Positions 1 to 8,013 are shown, numbered from the stretch's first letter. The stretch is 34,540 bases of DNA from a virus (IMGVR_UViG_3300033067_001012:1-34540), one strand, 5' to 3'. Numbers and translations are program-made. The notes: generated from the letters alone by a model not told the origin.

Positions 1-108
1 GTTCTCGAGGTTGCTCCTGAGGTTGCTCCTGAGGTTGCTCCCGAGGTTGCTCCAGAGGTTGTTCTCGAGGTTGCTCCAGAGGTTGCTCCTGAGGTTGCTC
101 CTGAGGTT
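1..108. repeat. 12-bp tandem repeat (GAGGTTGCTCCN-type) encoding NLx[S/N] tetrapeptides on the minus strand
   Basis: Directly visible; the array continues at 34463-34540. Confidence 0.95.
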
Positions 109-357
109 GGCCTTTTCACCCATAATCTTTTCGAAGTCTTTCGACTTCATAATGTTGCAGGCCAACTGGCACTGGATCGGAGATGGAAAGAAAAAATAAT
201 GCTTCGGCGCTTCCATGCCGGCGCATTCATAAATCTGCGCAATGGCCTTCTTTGCCTTGGTCTTGTTTACCTTCCCGGTTTTGCGTCCGTTATCCAGCCA
301 CTTTTTTAAGTAAACCGGCACCTTCTTTTCTTGTGCTTTCGTCATTTTTTCTATCAT
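1..357 (-). CDS. 5' part of DUF6745-like protein (continues across the origin into 34480..33824; about 337 aa in total)
   Basis: ATG at 357 overlaps the stop of 354..908 (ATGA). Reads MIEKMTKAQEKKVPVYLKKWL...IYECAGMEAPK...SPIQC, then the NLRS repeats. 119 codons, in frame with 34480..33824. Missed by the ORF track. Confidence 0.85.
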   Translation of the reverse strand, partial: MIEKMTKAQEKKVPVYLKKWLDNGRKTGKVNKTKAKKAIAQIYECAGMEAPKHYFFFPSPIQCQLACNIMKSKDFEKIMGEKANLRSNLRSNLWSNLENNLWSNLGSNLRSNLRSNLEN

Positions 358-908
358 TTTACTGCTCCTATTTTTTCCGGGACGTGCCCGATTTGTTCGA
401 AAGTTGTTTTGATGATTGATGAAACATTGTTTGATGGTGCTGGGAGTGACGGGACATGATCGAGCTCTCCACGCAGTGCTTGTTTGTGCGTGGTAGAGGC
501 GAGTCCTCGAAGCTGAGCTCTAATGGTGCCCATGTTGTCGGAGTTCGTGTTCTCGCAAAGGATGCCCCATCCGCCGAACTTACAAACAACTTCCCAGGCT
601 AAGTCGCCCATGCGTTTTTTAGCTCGGTCGGGATTGGTGTATCCATCCATCGAGATGGACTTCATGATGAGGTTTGCGACCATGACTGCGTTGTCGTCTT
701 GGCTGATCTCCGGGAGAACTTTGGAGCGGATCTCTGATGGGAATGGAAATCCTTTTTCTGTTTTGAGCCAATTTTGTAGAATAGTCATAACTGAAGAATC
801 ATCAAGATCAGAAAGGGCCGTCATGTAGGCATTAAGGGCGAGCTCGTTTAGGTCTTTTCCGACTACAAGAGCGATACCCAATAATTGCTTTTTAATTTCT
901 TGTTTCAC
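354..908 (-). CDS. Replication-associated protein (G39P/helicase-loader-like N-terminus, DUF6475-like C-terminus)
   Basis: FPFPSEIR and FGGWGILC motifs; coupled directly downstream of the replication initiator. Confidence 0.65.
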   Translation of the reverse strand: MKQEIKKQLLGIALVVGKDLNELALNAYMTALSDLDDSSVMTILQNWLKTEKGFPFPSEIRSKVLPEISQDDNAVMVANLIMKSISMDGYTNPDRAKKRMGDLAWEVVCKFGGWGILCENTNSDNMGTIRAQLRGLASTTHKQALRGELDHVPSLPAPSNNVSSIIKTTFEQIGHVPEKIGAVK

Positions 909-1705
909 GCTTCCCCCTTTTGAACTTTTTGGAGTAAGTCCATGGTGGTTGAAACTTTCTCAACTTGGCGAACTTGGGCGCCGGTCACAGCTTGTCCGCG
1001 TTCCCACTGAGTGCAATAACCCTCGGCGTTTTGAAGGAATGCTCCGACGGGGTGTTGATTCTTTAAAAGCCATCCGTCGTTGTTGGTGAGATAAAATGCA
1101 ATAGCAGGGACAGCATCTTTGCCAATACGGTTTCCAACTTGTTTGCACTGTGAAAAAACCTTGGCGTTGTGCTTTGGATCAACTCCGTATCTTTTTTTGA
1201 AAGCGGCTTTATAAGATTCCCAAACCTCACTGCCGAGAGTCTTGGATGCTTTTGGTTGCGTGGTGACAACCGCGCTAATGTCTGTCTGTTCTGTTATGTC
1301 TGTCTGTCTGTCTGTAGTGAGGAGTAAAGACGCGGCATCTTGTTCTTGACTGCGTAAGTTGGTGTCGGAATGACGGCGCGATGACGGCGCGATGACGTCA
1401 AGTGCTGTAAGTGTTTGAATTGTTTTAGTTAAATACTCTTTGTTGACCCCAAGGTCGGAGCAAACACGCTGTTCGGCGATTAACACCGTGCCAGAACCAG
1501 ACTTACTTGCTTCGCAGAATAGGAAAATTAAGGTCAGCTTCTGAATCGGCTCAAGAATGTAGATTTTTGGATCGGAAAAGAAGTTATTTAGGAACTTGAA
1601 CCATGAATGGTTAGCTCGATCATTGCGTGGGTTGTATTTATCCCAGTTGTTTATTCTGATTTCACAAAGGCCGTCTACCACGTTCATTCCCATCGAACGC
1701 ACCAA
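905..1705 (-). CDS. Phage replication initiator (lambda O/DnaD-like); start may be ATG 1693 or 1687
   Basis: INNWDKYN..R...SWFK N-terminus, central low-complexity linker carrying DNA repeats, helical C-terminal domain. Confidence 0.7.
   Translation of the reverse strand: MVRSMGMNVVDGLCEIRINNWDKYNPRNDRANHSWFKFLNNFFSDPKIYILEPIQKLTLIFLFCEASKSGSGTVLIAEQRVCSDLGVNKEYLTKTIQTLTALDVIAPSSRRHSDTNLRSQEQDAASLLLTTDRQTDITEQTDISAVVTTQPKASKTLGSEVWESYKAAFKKRYGVDPKHNAKVFSQCKQVGNRIGKDAVPAIAFYLTNNDGWLLKNQHPVGAFLQNAEGYCTQWERGQAVTGAQVRQVEKVSTTMDLLQKVQKGEA
1278..1397. repeat. Probable replication origin inside the initiator gene
   Basis: ATGACGGCGCG tandem repeats (1370-1380, 1381-1391, partial 1392-1397) and GTCT repeats (ATGTCTGTCTGT at 1278 and 1296). 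Confidence 0.6.
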
Positions 1706-1799
1706 CCCGGCCTTACGTCTTTCGACTTGGGGCCGGATCGAGTTCCATCTGTGAAAATGAAAGTTGTTTAAATTCTACTAGTTAGTACGTTAGAAGAAA

Positions 1800-1858
<59 letters not shown>

Positions 1859-1953
1859 AGGACTAACGCCAGTGGTCTTTCACAGATGTTGCGTTTCCTT
1901 TAAACGGATTTAACTTAGCCACAACCTCTTTTCAAGAACTATTTTCAATCAAT

Positions 1954-2904
1954 TTAATTTTTTCCCACGTTGCGGATATCAAGAGACTTTGTGACCCCTC
2001 GTAGCGTTTCAAGCTGGGCCTGGAGATACACCCTTTCAAGGGTTCTAATTGATGTCCCGCCGACAGCGCCAGCTCTTGCTGGACTCACTTCTTTTTCATA
2101 AACAGCGGTACTATAGGCCGTATGTCTTATGTCTTGCCATCTTGCTTGCCCCTCAATCTTTGCTATGCTTTTTATAATCGCCCACTGAGACTTTACGTCG
2201 GTTACTGGGCCATCTCCGCGCACGCTTTTAAACAAATGCTCCTCGCCCGTTTCCTTCATCTCTAAAAGTCTTTCAGTAAGTAGTTCATGGGCGTAGTCGC
2301 TCATAGGAATATCCCTTCCAATGCCTGTTTTTGAGCCTGTTTTAACGTTTTCTGGAAGTAGTCTTACAAATCTTTGTTCTAGAAAAATTCGATCTGGTTT
2401 AAGTTCCAACATTTCTGTTTTTCTTAGAATCATCTCATAAGATAGAACGAACATGAGCCTCATTTGCTTGTCGTTCATCACTGCGGCCCAAATTCTAATT
2501 AGCTCCGCGTCGGTGTATATTCTTCCAGTCCGCCCCCTTGGGGGATCTGTCTTTGGGAATAAGCAACCTCCGCGCAGATGCCCACGGCTACGTGCATAGT
2601 TGAATATTATATTAATAAACTTTGTGTAGTCGTCGAATGTTTTTCTTTTCGGCTTTCTCGTCTTAAAGTCGTTGATCCATTTTAGATAGGTCTCTCTGTC
2701 GAACTGGTATAATCTAAAGTGACCGATCTCCCGATCAAGCTCCCCAAGGAATCTTTCGTGCTGGTCTTGAGTCCTTACTCTCTTTTGTTTGGTTTCAGTT
2801 TCGAGAATTTTTTCAATGATGTCAGAGATTGTATAAATCCTGAACATTCGGGCGATCGCCCACACAAGCCATTTGATGAAAGCGGCAAGTTCTCCAAACT
2901 TCAC
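1954..2904 (-). CDS. int: Tyrosine recombinase/integrase
   Basis: LRKTE (R), KTG (K), WQDIRHT (HxxR-like), GGTS...RVY (Y); SAM-like core-binding region; adjacent to the tRNA fragment. Confidence 0.9.
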   Translation of the reverse strand: MKFGELAAFIKWLVWAIARMFRIYTISDIIEKILETETKQKRVRTQDQHERFLGELDREIGHFRLYQFDRETYLKWINDFKTRKPKRKTFDDYTKFINIIFNYARSRGHLRGGCLFPKTDPPRGRTGRIYTDAELIRIWAAVMNDKQMRLMFVLSYEMILRKTEMLELKPDRIFLEQRFVRLLPENVKTGSKTGIGRDIPMSDYAHELLTERLLEMKETGEEHLFKSVRGDGPVTDVKSQWAIIKSIAKIEGQARWQDIRHTAYSTAVYEKEVSPARAGAVGGTSIRTLERVYLQAQLETLRGVTKSLDIRNVGKN

Positions 2905-3083
2905 AGCAACACCTCAAGTTAACTACAAAGTTACTAAGCACTCAGCGGGGCATTATTCCCCATAGAATAACTCAAAATCTTTAAATACAACGGGGTTTAT
3001 GCATATTCTTCAAAAACACCGTCAAGAAATTATCAAATCTTTATTCAATGTTTGTGCAATATCAAGATGAGGTCAAAAATTAA

Positions 3084-3155
3084 AATGCGAGGCCGGGCAT
3101 TCCTAGAGGATAAGAGTAAGAGCCCTTGGCATCACTAGAGCGCGGCACTCGCATT
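3084..3155 (-). terminator. Long hairpin followed by a U-rich tract; terminator or attenuator between the recombination operon and int
   Basis: AATGCGAG/CTCGCATT and GCCG/CGGC stems; the minus strand continues TTAATTTTT. Confidence 0.45.
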
Positions 3156-3211
3156 CTCCACTCCACCCTCACGCTACTGGCATAAATCCAGGCGCTTGGG
3201 CGAAGGGGAAA

Positions 3212-3415
3212 TTAATTCTTTTTGTCCTCAACTTCCCAAAGTTCAAGCTCTTCTTTGACAAACCACTTCTGAAGTCCTTTGTCATTTAAGATCGGCTGAC
3301 CGTCTTTTAAGGCCTGGTTCATCGTTACTTTTACACCGTTAATGTAACCGTAAAAAAAGCCGTACTGTTCGTTATAAACAATTTCGCCAATAGTTCTATT
3401 AAATTTACGTTTCAT
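3212..3415 (-). CDS. Small hypothetical protein (possibly SSB-like)
   Basis: ATGA-coupled to the ERF gene; beta-rich with aromatic residues and an acidic tail. Confidence 0.6.
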   Translation of the reverse strand: MKRKFNRTIGEIVYNEQYGFFYGYINGVKVTMNQALKDGQPILNDKGLQKWFVKEELELWEVEDKKN

Positions 3416-3933
3416 TGTCTCGCTCCAAATGTGCGCGGCCCAAATGATTGTCGTGGTGCCGCTTTTTGTGTTTCTTGTTTTTGACCTGTATCTATTTCTT
3501 CATTTGTTGCTTCAGGGTCTTCAACATCTTTTGTTGGGATAGAAAAAAGCTCGATAAATGCGTACTTCATAGCGCCACTCATTGCTTTGTTGCTCGCCTT
3601 ATCGCTTGTATCAATACCCTCCCCGCATGTAGTTACTTCAACAAATGAGCCGTCTTCGGCGTAAAACTTGTGACAAACAGTGAGTAAAACCCTAAAACTT
3701 GTTTTCTTTTCACCTTGTTTATTGACTCCCTCGTAGCTTTCCATGGTTCGATCGACCACTTGAGGCGCGCAGAACACCTTGTTTTTTACGAGGATTGGGT
3801 GAATGGCGTTGTACATGTCCTCAATTCCACGAAACTTATATCCACCTGCCGCCGCCGGAGCGTCGCGACCCTTGTGAACGCTTCCAAGCTCACTCATTAT
3901 TTTTGGTATCATTTCAAAAATCTTGCTACTCAT
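3412..3933 (-). CDS. erf: ERF-family single-strand annealing protein
   Basis: YKFRGIEDMYNA...GEGIDTSDKASNKAMSGAMKYAF...FSIPT..D.D/E signature. Confidence 0.85.
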   Translation of the reverse strand: MSSKIFEMIPKIMSELGSVHKGRDAPAAAGGYKFRGIEDMYNAIHPILVKNKVFCAPQVVDRTMESYEGVNKQGEKKTSFRVLLTVCHKFYAEDGSFVEVTTCGEGIDTSDKASNKAMSGAMKYAFIELFSIPTKDVEDPEATNEEIDTGQKQETQKAAPRQSFGPRTFGARQ

Positions 3934-4772
3934 ACAGACTCCTCAACAGCCCACTTAGGCAGGGTTAAATTAACAATTTCAGGTTTAAACTTTGGGGGAC
4001 ATTCGGTCATTTGTTGAACTTCAAGCGCATTCTCGTAGGCCGACAAGTACCGCTTTTTAGTGAAGTCACTAAACACGATGTCTGTCATATCGTATAGGGC
4101 GACTTCAGCTGTTTCTGACTCAATGACGATTGCATAAACAGTCGTGGCCTTGCTTGCGAGCGCGTAATGAAGCATCTGAATGTCGTACCGAAGCGCCAAA
4201 AGCTGGCTTGTGAACTCTCTCGCACTCCCATCACGGGTGGTCTTAATGTCGATCACCACGCGAGCGTCCATGTTAACAAGGTCAAGGCGCGCTTTATTGC
4301 CATCCCATACGATTGTTTTCTCTTTCTCAAACTCTCTTAAAGCGTCCTTTACTGCTGGTATGTCCATGCACTTTCGCTTAACCATTTCGACCTTATAGAG
4401 GTCGTCTGGACTAATAACAATCCTGCCTTGATTCTTTTCGTCAAACGCCTTCCACCACTCAATCACGCGGATTGATTTTTGATTCGCCTCAACTTGTGCC
4501 TTTGTCGGTTTCTCAAGTGTGGCGAACTTTGCAAATGCCTCGTCTTGAGGTTTTGTTAATTTCTTTGGCGCGTCCATTGGGATGGTCACGTAACGCTCGT
4601 TAAACGTGTCCGGCTCTAAAAGAGCACAGTGAACCATGGTTCCGAACTCCATTGCGTCTGATTCATAAGCAGGCCCATTTAAGTACTTCCAGCCTTGATA
4701 AGCGCCAAATGAACATGCCTTTAAAAAGCTTGCCCTAATAGCCTTAACTTCACTGTATTCTTGTTCTGTCAT
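3930..4772 (-). CDS. RecE/exonuclease VIII-like PD-(D/E)XK nuclease (DUF3799-like)
   Basis: AMEFGTMVHCALLEP, KARLD...IDIKTT, YDIQM.HY motifs. Confidence 0.85.
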   Translation of the reverse strand: MTEQEYSEVKAIRASFLKACSFGAYQGWKYLNGPAYESDAMEFGTMVHCALLEPDTFNERYVTIPMDAPKKLTKPQDEAFAKFATLEKPTKAQVEANQKSIRVIEWWKAFDEKNQGRIVISPDDLYKVEMVKRKCMDIPAVKDALREFEKEKTIVWDGNKARLDLVNMDARVVIDIKTTRDGSAREFTSQLLALRYDIQMLHYALASKATTVYAIVIESETAEVALYDMTDIVFSDFTKKRYLSAYENALEVQQMTECPPKFKPEIVNLTLPKWAVEESV

Positions 4773-4975
4773 TTTCCTACTCCTTCATATTTAATTTTAA
4801 GAACCTGAAATATTTTAAATGCCTCTGTTACGCGTGGATCGATCTTGCCAGCCTCAATCTTACTAATGTAGCTCTGGGATACTTTTACAAGCTTTGCGAG
4901 TGTGGCTTGATTCATTCCCATGGCCTCGCGGTGTTTTTTGATGGTGTCTGCGAGGCCTTTCTTGTCCGAGCTCAT
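4769..4975 (-). CDS. XRE/Cro-like helix-turn-helix regulator
   Basis: IKKHRE.MGMNQ..LA..V.VSQSYISKIEAGK. Start re-placed to ATG 4975 (GGAGG RBS, ATGA overlap). Confidence 0.85.
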   Translation of the reverse strand: MSSDKKGLADTIKKHREAMGMNQATLAKLVKVSQSYISKIEAGKIDPRVTEAFKIFQVLKIKYEGVGK

Positions 4976-5061
4976 GTCTTCCTCCACTCGATAAAATATT
5001 CTTCCCATGTGATCCACCCAAGCTTTAAGGCTCGGATTAAATTGAATTGCTGTGCTGTCAT
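4972..5061 (-). CDS. 29-aa peptide MTAQQFNLIRALKLGWITWEEYFIEWRKT (SHOCT-like motif)
   Basis: ATGA-coupled at both ends, with GGAG upstream; below the ORF-track length cutoff. Confidence 0.6.
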   Translation of the reverse strand: MTAQQFNLIRALKLGWITWEEYFIEWRKT

Positions 5062-6314
5062 AAAAAGAACTCCTTTATAAACTGTTCAAATGTTCCGCTG
5101 TAGCTTCCAAGCTTCATAAACCCGAAAGTCTCTTGATCACCTACAAGGTAGACAAAAAGCACCTGTCCATTCACTTCAACGAAATCTAAATCAGAATTAT
5201 TCAAACCCTCATCTGTGCGTCCGAAGTTGTTTAAGACTTCACGAGGTGACTCTTCAAAGGTCACTAGATCTCGCGACCTAGCCACGACCGTGTAATAGCG
5301 AGAGTGATCCACAACCGACATACGGTCTGTCATTGTAAATAGGTAGTACCAACCGTTTAAGTACCTAATTGTAGGGCACGCATTCTCAATGCTTGTGCTG
5401 TAAGTTCCGCCGAATGATGACCAATTTATAAGGTCATTAGAGAATAAGAACTTGGGGAAAAACCGCGAGTAATTGCCCGTTTCTCTGATCTCGTATGCCA
5501 TGACGTAACCTGTGTCAGTCTTAGTGACCGATGAGTTATAAATGATTTGGTTACTTGGTGCTGTAAAGATCACAGTAGGCGCTGACCAGTGGATAAGATC
5601 TGTAGACGTTGCGGTCACTACCCGATTACCTGGCCCATCCATAGTGTTACTTGATGCAAACACATGAACGACATTGTTCTCTACATAAGCGCACCCAAAG
5701 TTATAAGCGAACGGCGTCTGACTAAAGGTCGAGAAGTCAGGATAGTTTTGGACTTTTATGAATCCATTACCAGTATCGTTATTCGCAAAGCTGATTAGAT
5801 AAACTTTTCCATTAAAATCAATCGGTGTCATCTCACCCACTGCGCCCATGACTTGGTTAAGTTTGTGGATCGGGCCTGGGTTTGGCTGTTCACTATTCTC
5901 TGTGATTGAGTAATTTTGTGCACACGATGAAAGCGCTAGTGCTAAACAAACCGCAACTGCGCCGGGCATGATACTAGGGCCGATTTTTTCGAGCTTGTAT
6001 CCGTGCTTAGCTGCAATCTCTTCTACTAAGGTGTCGTTCCAAAAAAACCAGTGATCAACAGCGTCCGAGTCTTCTAAGGAAATGCCGTCTTCTCGGATTT
6101 CACTTTCTAACTCATCCGCTACATCACGCATGTTTAAAAGGTCATGAGCGGCCTTTGACCATGATCCGTAATCCGCTGCGTCGTCTTGATCGTTATGGCG
6201 GGTTAAGCGGTAAACATACTCGACATTAGATGTATCAGTTGCGGTCAATTTCTCGCCGTTAACATCTAAACTAATTGTATTTACTGCGTTTTTCATCTTT
6301 AATGCTTGGCTCAT
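5058..6314 (-). CDS. Fusion: acidic N-terminal domain + internal lipoprotein signal + five-bladed beta-propeller glycoside hydrolase-like domain
   Basis: Lipobox LALSS-C131; repeated S.DL..W blade motifs; ACPTIRYLNGWYYLF and NNSDLDF.E motifs. Confidence 0.65.
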   Translation of the reverse strand: MSQALKMKNAVNTISLDVNGEKLTATDTSNVEYVYRLTRHNDQDDAADYGSWSKAAHDLLNMRDVADELESEIREDGISLEDSDAVDHWFFWNDTLVEEIAAKHGYKLEKIGPSIMPGAVAVCLALALSSCAQNYSITENSEQPNPGPIHKLNQVMGAVGEMTPIDFNGKVYLISFANNDTGNGFIKVQNYPDFSTFSQTPFAYNFGCAYVENNVVHVFASSNTMDGPGNRVVTATSTDLIHWSAPTVIFTAPSNQIIYNSSVTKTDTGYVMAYEIRETGNYSRFFPKFLFSNDLINWSSFGGTYSTSIENACPTIRYLNGWYYLFTMTDRMSVVDHSRYYTVVARSRDLVTFEESPREVLNNFGRTDEGLNNSDLDFVEVNGQVLFVYLVGDQETFGFMKLGSYSGTFEQFIKEFFL

Positions 6315-6334
6315 AATGACGCCCTTTCATAATT

Positions 6335-6363
6335 ATAATATATGCAAAAAACATATTAATCAA
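6335..6363 (-). promoter_or_regulatory. Leftward early sigma70-type promoter
   Basis: TTGATT-17-TATTAT on the minus strand, upstream of 6314. Confidence 0.5.
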
Positions 6364-6377
6364 TATAAAAATACATA

Positions 6378-6406
6378 TTGTCAAAATATATACACTCGTA
6401 TATAAT
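6378..6406 (+). promoter_or_regulatory. Rightward sigma70-type promoter overlapped by an operator-like palindrome
   Basis: TTGTCA-17-TATAAT; inverted repeat TATATAC-ACTC-GTATATA at 6387-6404. Confidence 0.75.
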
Positions 6407-6431
6407 AGTATATGTGCCGTATAAGGAAGGC

Positions 6432-6635
6432 ATGGGTAAAATGGACAAAATCGTTTTGGAAGTGCTACAGGAGTTAAGGGATGAGGAAGACGCTAAGGGC
6501 GAAAAGAAAGCCTATTATGCCAACTTCCCGGGAAAGCTATACGAGGATTTCGAGAAGGCCATTGCGCCAGTAGCGCCGACCAAGTTCTTTCAGAGAGTCA
6601 TGGCTAAGGTCGTGCAGCTTTCAAAGAAAAAGTAA
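6432..6635 (+). CDS. Ribbon-helix-helix-like regulator (candidate repressor)
   Basis: AAGGAAGG RBS before ATG 6432; KKAYYANFP strand followed by two helices; divergent from the early operon. Confidence 0.55.
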   Translation: MGKMDKIVLEVLQELRDEEDAKGEKKAYYANFPGKLYEDFEKAIAPVAPTKFFQRVMAKVVQLSKKK

Positions 6636-6687
6636 ACAAAGTTTAGATAGTTTTGAGTAAGTTGAGTATTACTCAAGGAATATTATC

Positions 6688-6716
6688 TTGATAATTATAC
6701 ACAGTTATTATATAAT
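6688..6716 (+). promoter_or_regulatory. Strong sigma70-type promoter of the moron
   Basis: TTGATA-17-TATAAT, followed by an AGGAG RBS at 6726-6730. Confidence 0.75.
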
Positions 6717-6736
6717 TAACTAAACAGGAGCTTAAT

Positions 6737-6976
6737 ATGAATATTATTTTTACGGTTGTTATTTTCTTTTCTTGTAGTGCCTTTGCTCAAATCGATACGA
6801 GCATTTATAAAAATGTAGGCAATTACAATCAACCCGTACAGCCGTATCAAATGCAAGTACAACCGGTCGCACCAGTTCAAGTGCCACAAATCAAGCAAAC
6901 CGATTATACTTGTCTCAATAGATGTACCCAGTCTGGGTTGATGTACGGATTTTGCCAGTCAAAATGCTCTTATTAG
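6737..6976 (+). CDS. Secreted small moron protein with P/Q linker and 4-Cys C-terminal domain
   Basis: Sec signal ending AFA|Q; C-x3-C-x9-C-x3-C; own promoter and RBS. Confidence 0.8.
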   Translation: MNIIFTVVIFFSCSAFAQIDTSIYKNVGNYNQPVQPYQMQVQPVAPVQVPQIKQTDYTCLNRCTQSGLMYGFCQSKCSY

Positions 6977-8013
6977 GTGTTGAAGACCATACCATTGAAA
7001 CTTAGGCGTCCACCGAAGATGCGCGGTAAGTAGAAAGAGTAAGTACCATCAGGGAAAAACTCGAATACACCAAACGCGTGAACCCAGTTTGTTGGCTTGC
7101 CTTTCATAAATGGCGCATCTAATCTGCACAAGCATCCAAGTGATACCGCTTCAATGAATCCGTTAATCGATGGCTGATGCGTGCTTAGAATGTCATGCAA
7201 GTGTCCGTAATAGATATTGCCCTTAATCACGTCTAGGTGTTTCTTTGCGTGATTTGATCCAACATAAAGGCCATGAGTGAAGTACGCCTTACCTACTTTT
7301 AAAAGCTCATTTAGCTCAATCAAGTCGTAACCAAACTCATCAAGGTTAAGAAGTTTCTTAATGCTGAGCTCGATTCCGAGTTCGTCTAGCCCATCAAACA
7401 GCTCTGGAAGCTTTGCAACCATTGCTTGACGCAGCCAGTCTTCATGATTGCCGCTTAAGTACAGCCTTGTTTTGCAATCCGGTGTCCGTAGCACAATCTC
7501 TTTTAAAAGTTGTCTCGCTTCGATCACTTCAGGCACTAATCTTTTTGGATCCATTGAATCACTAGGCCAATGCGAGATCCCTTCGGCATCAAGGAAATCA
7601 CCCAAGATAATATGCGCGTGTGGCTTGTACCAGAATAAGAAATCTAAAAAGATTCTGACTGCGTTGTGATCTCTGTTTTTTACGTGTGTATCGGGTTGAA
7701 CCACAACTTTTAAGCTTGAAGGATTGCCAGCACGAGCAAACATGTCGGCAAGGTCAATTTCGTTAATCTTAAAGCTTTCAACTACTGTGCGCTTATATTT
7801 GAATTTTTGGGCCTTATGTTCTTTTGCGAGCTCTGTGCCCAATATCCCAGCGGCTTTGAGTGCGTCGTTAAACGTGGGCCAGACTCTCATGACGTCATCA
7901 ATGGAGTGATCACCGTAAACAGTATAATCGTGCTTATTCGGCAGCGATCCTTTTAGTTCGGCCACGCGCTTTAAATCCATAAGAAGTGCGTGCATTTTTA
8001 CTGGGTCGGCCAT
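6973..8013 (-). CDS. Calcineurin-like metallophosphoesterase with an N-terminal homing-endonuclease-associated-repeat-like domain
   Basis: DTH, GDFLD, GNHE, THG and GHLH motifs; N-terminal LKRVA..G..P...Y...G......FNDALKAAG. Confidence 0.8.
   Translation of the reverse strand: MADPVKMHALLMDLKRVAELKGSLPNKHDYTVYGDHSIDDVMRVWPTFNDALKAAGILGTELAKEHKAQKFKYKRTVVESFKINEIDLADMFARAGNPSSLKVVVQPDTHVKNRDHNAVRIFLDFLFWYKPHAHIILGDFLDAEGISHWPSDSMDPKRLVPEVIEARQLLKEIVLRTPDCKTRLYLSGNHEDWLRQAMVAKLPELFDGLDELGIELSIKKLLNLDEFGYDLIELNELLKVGKAYFTHGLYVGSNHAKKHLDVIKGNIYYGHLHDILSTHQPSINGFIEAVSLGCLCRLDAPFMKGKPTNWVHAFGVFEFFPDGTYSFYLPRIFGGRLSFNGMVFNT

Noticed and set aside
1-108. CRISPR array or DGR variable repeat
   Set aside because: Contiguous 12-bp coding repeats with no spacers; no cas genes, reverse transcriptase or template repeat recognised.
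11-199. Plus-strand Leu/Arg-rich ORF
   Set aside because: Antisense shadow of the NLRS repeat gene.
1707-1736. c-di-GMP-I riboswitch
   Set aside because: A GAAA tetraloop is present, but I cannot find the second stem, the tetraloop receptor or the conserved junction.
6378-6431. N-terminal extension of the RHH-like ORF from TTG 6378
   Set aside because: That TTG is the -35 box of the promoter; the RBS precedes ATG 6432.
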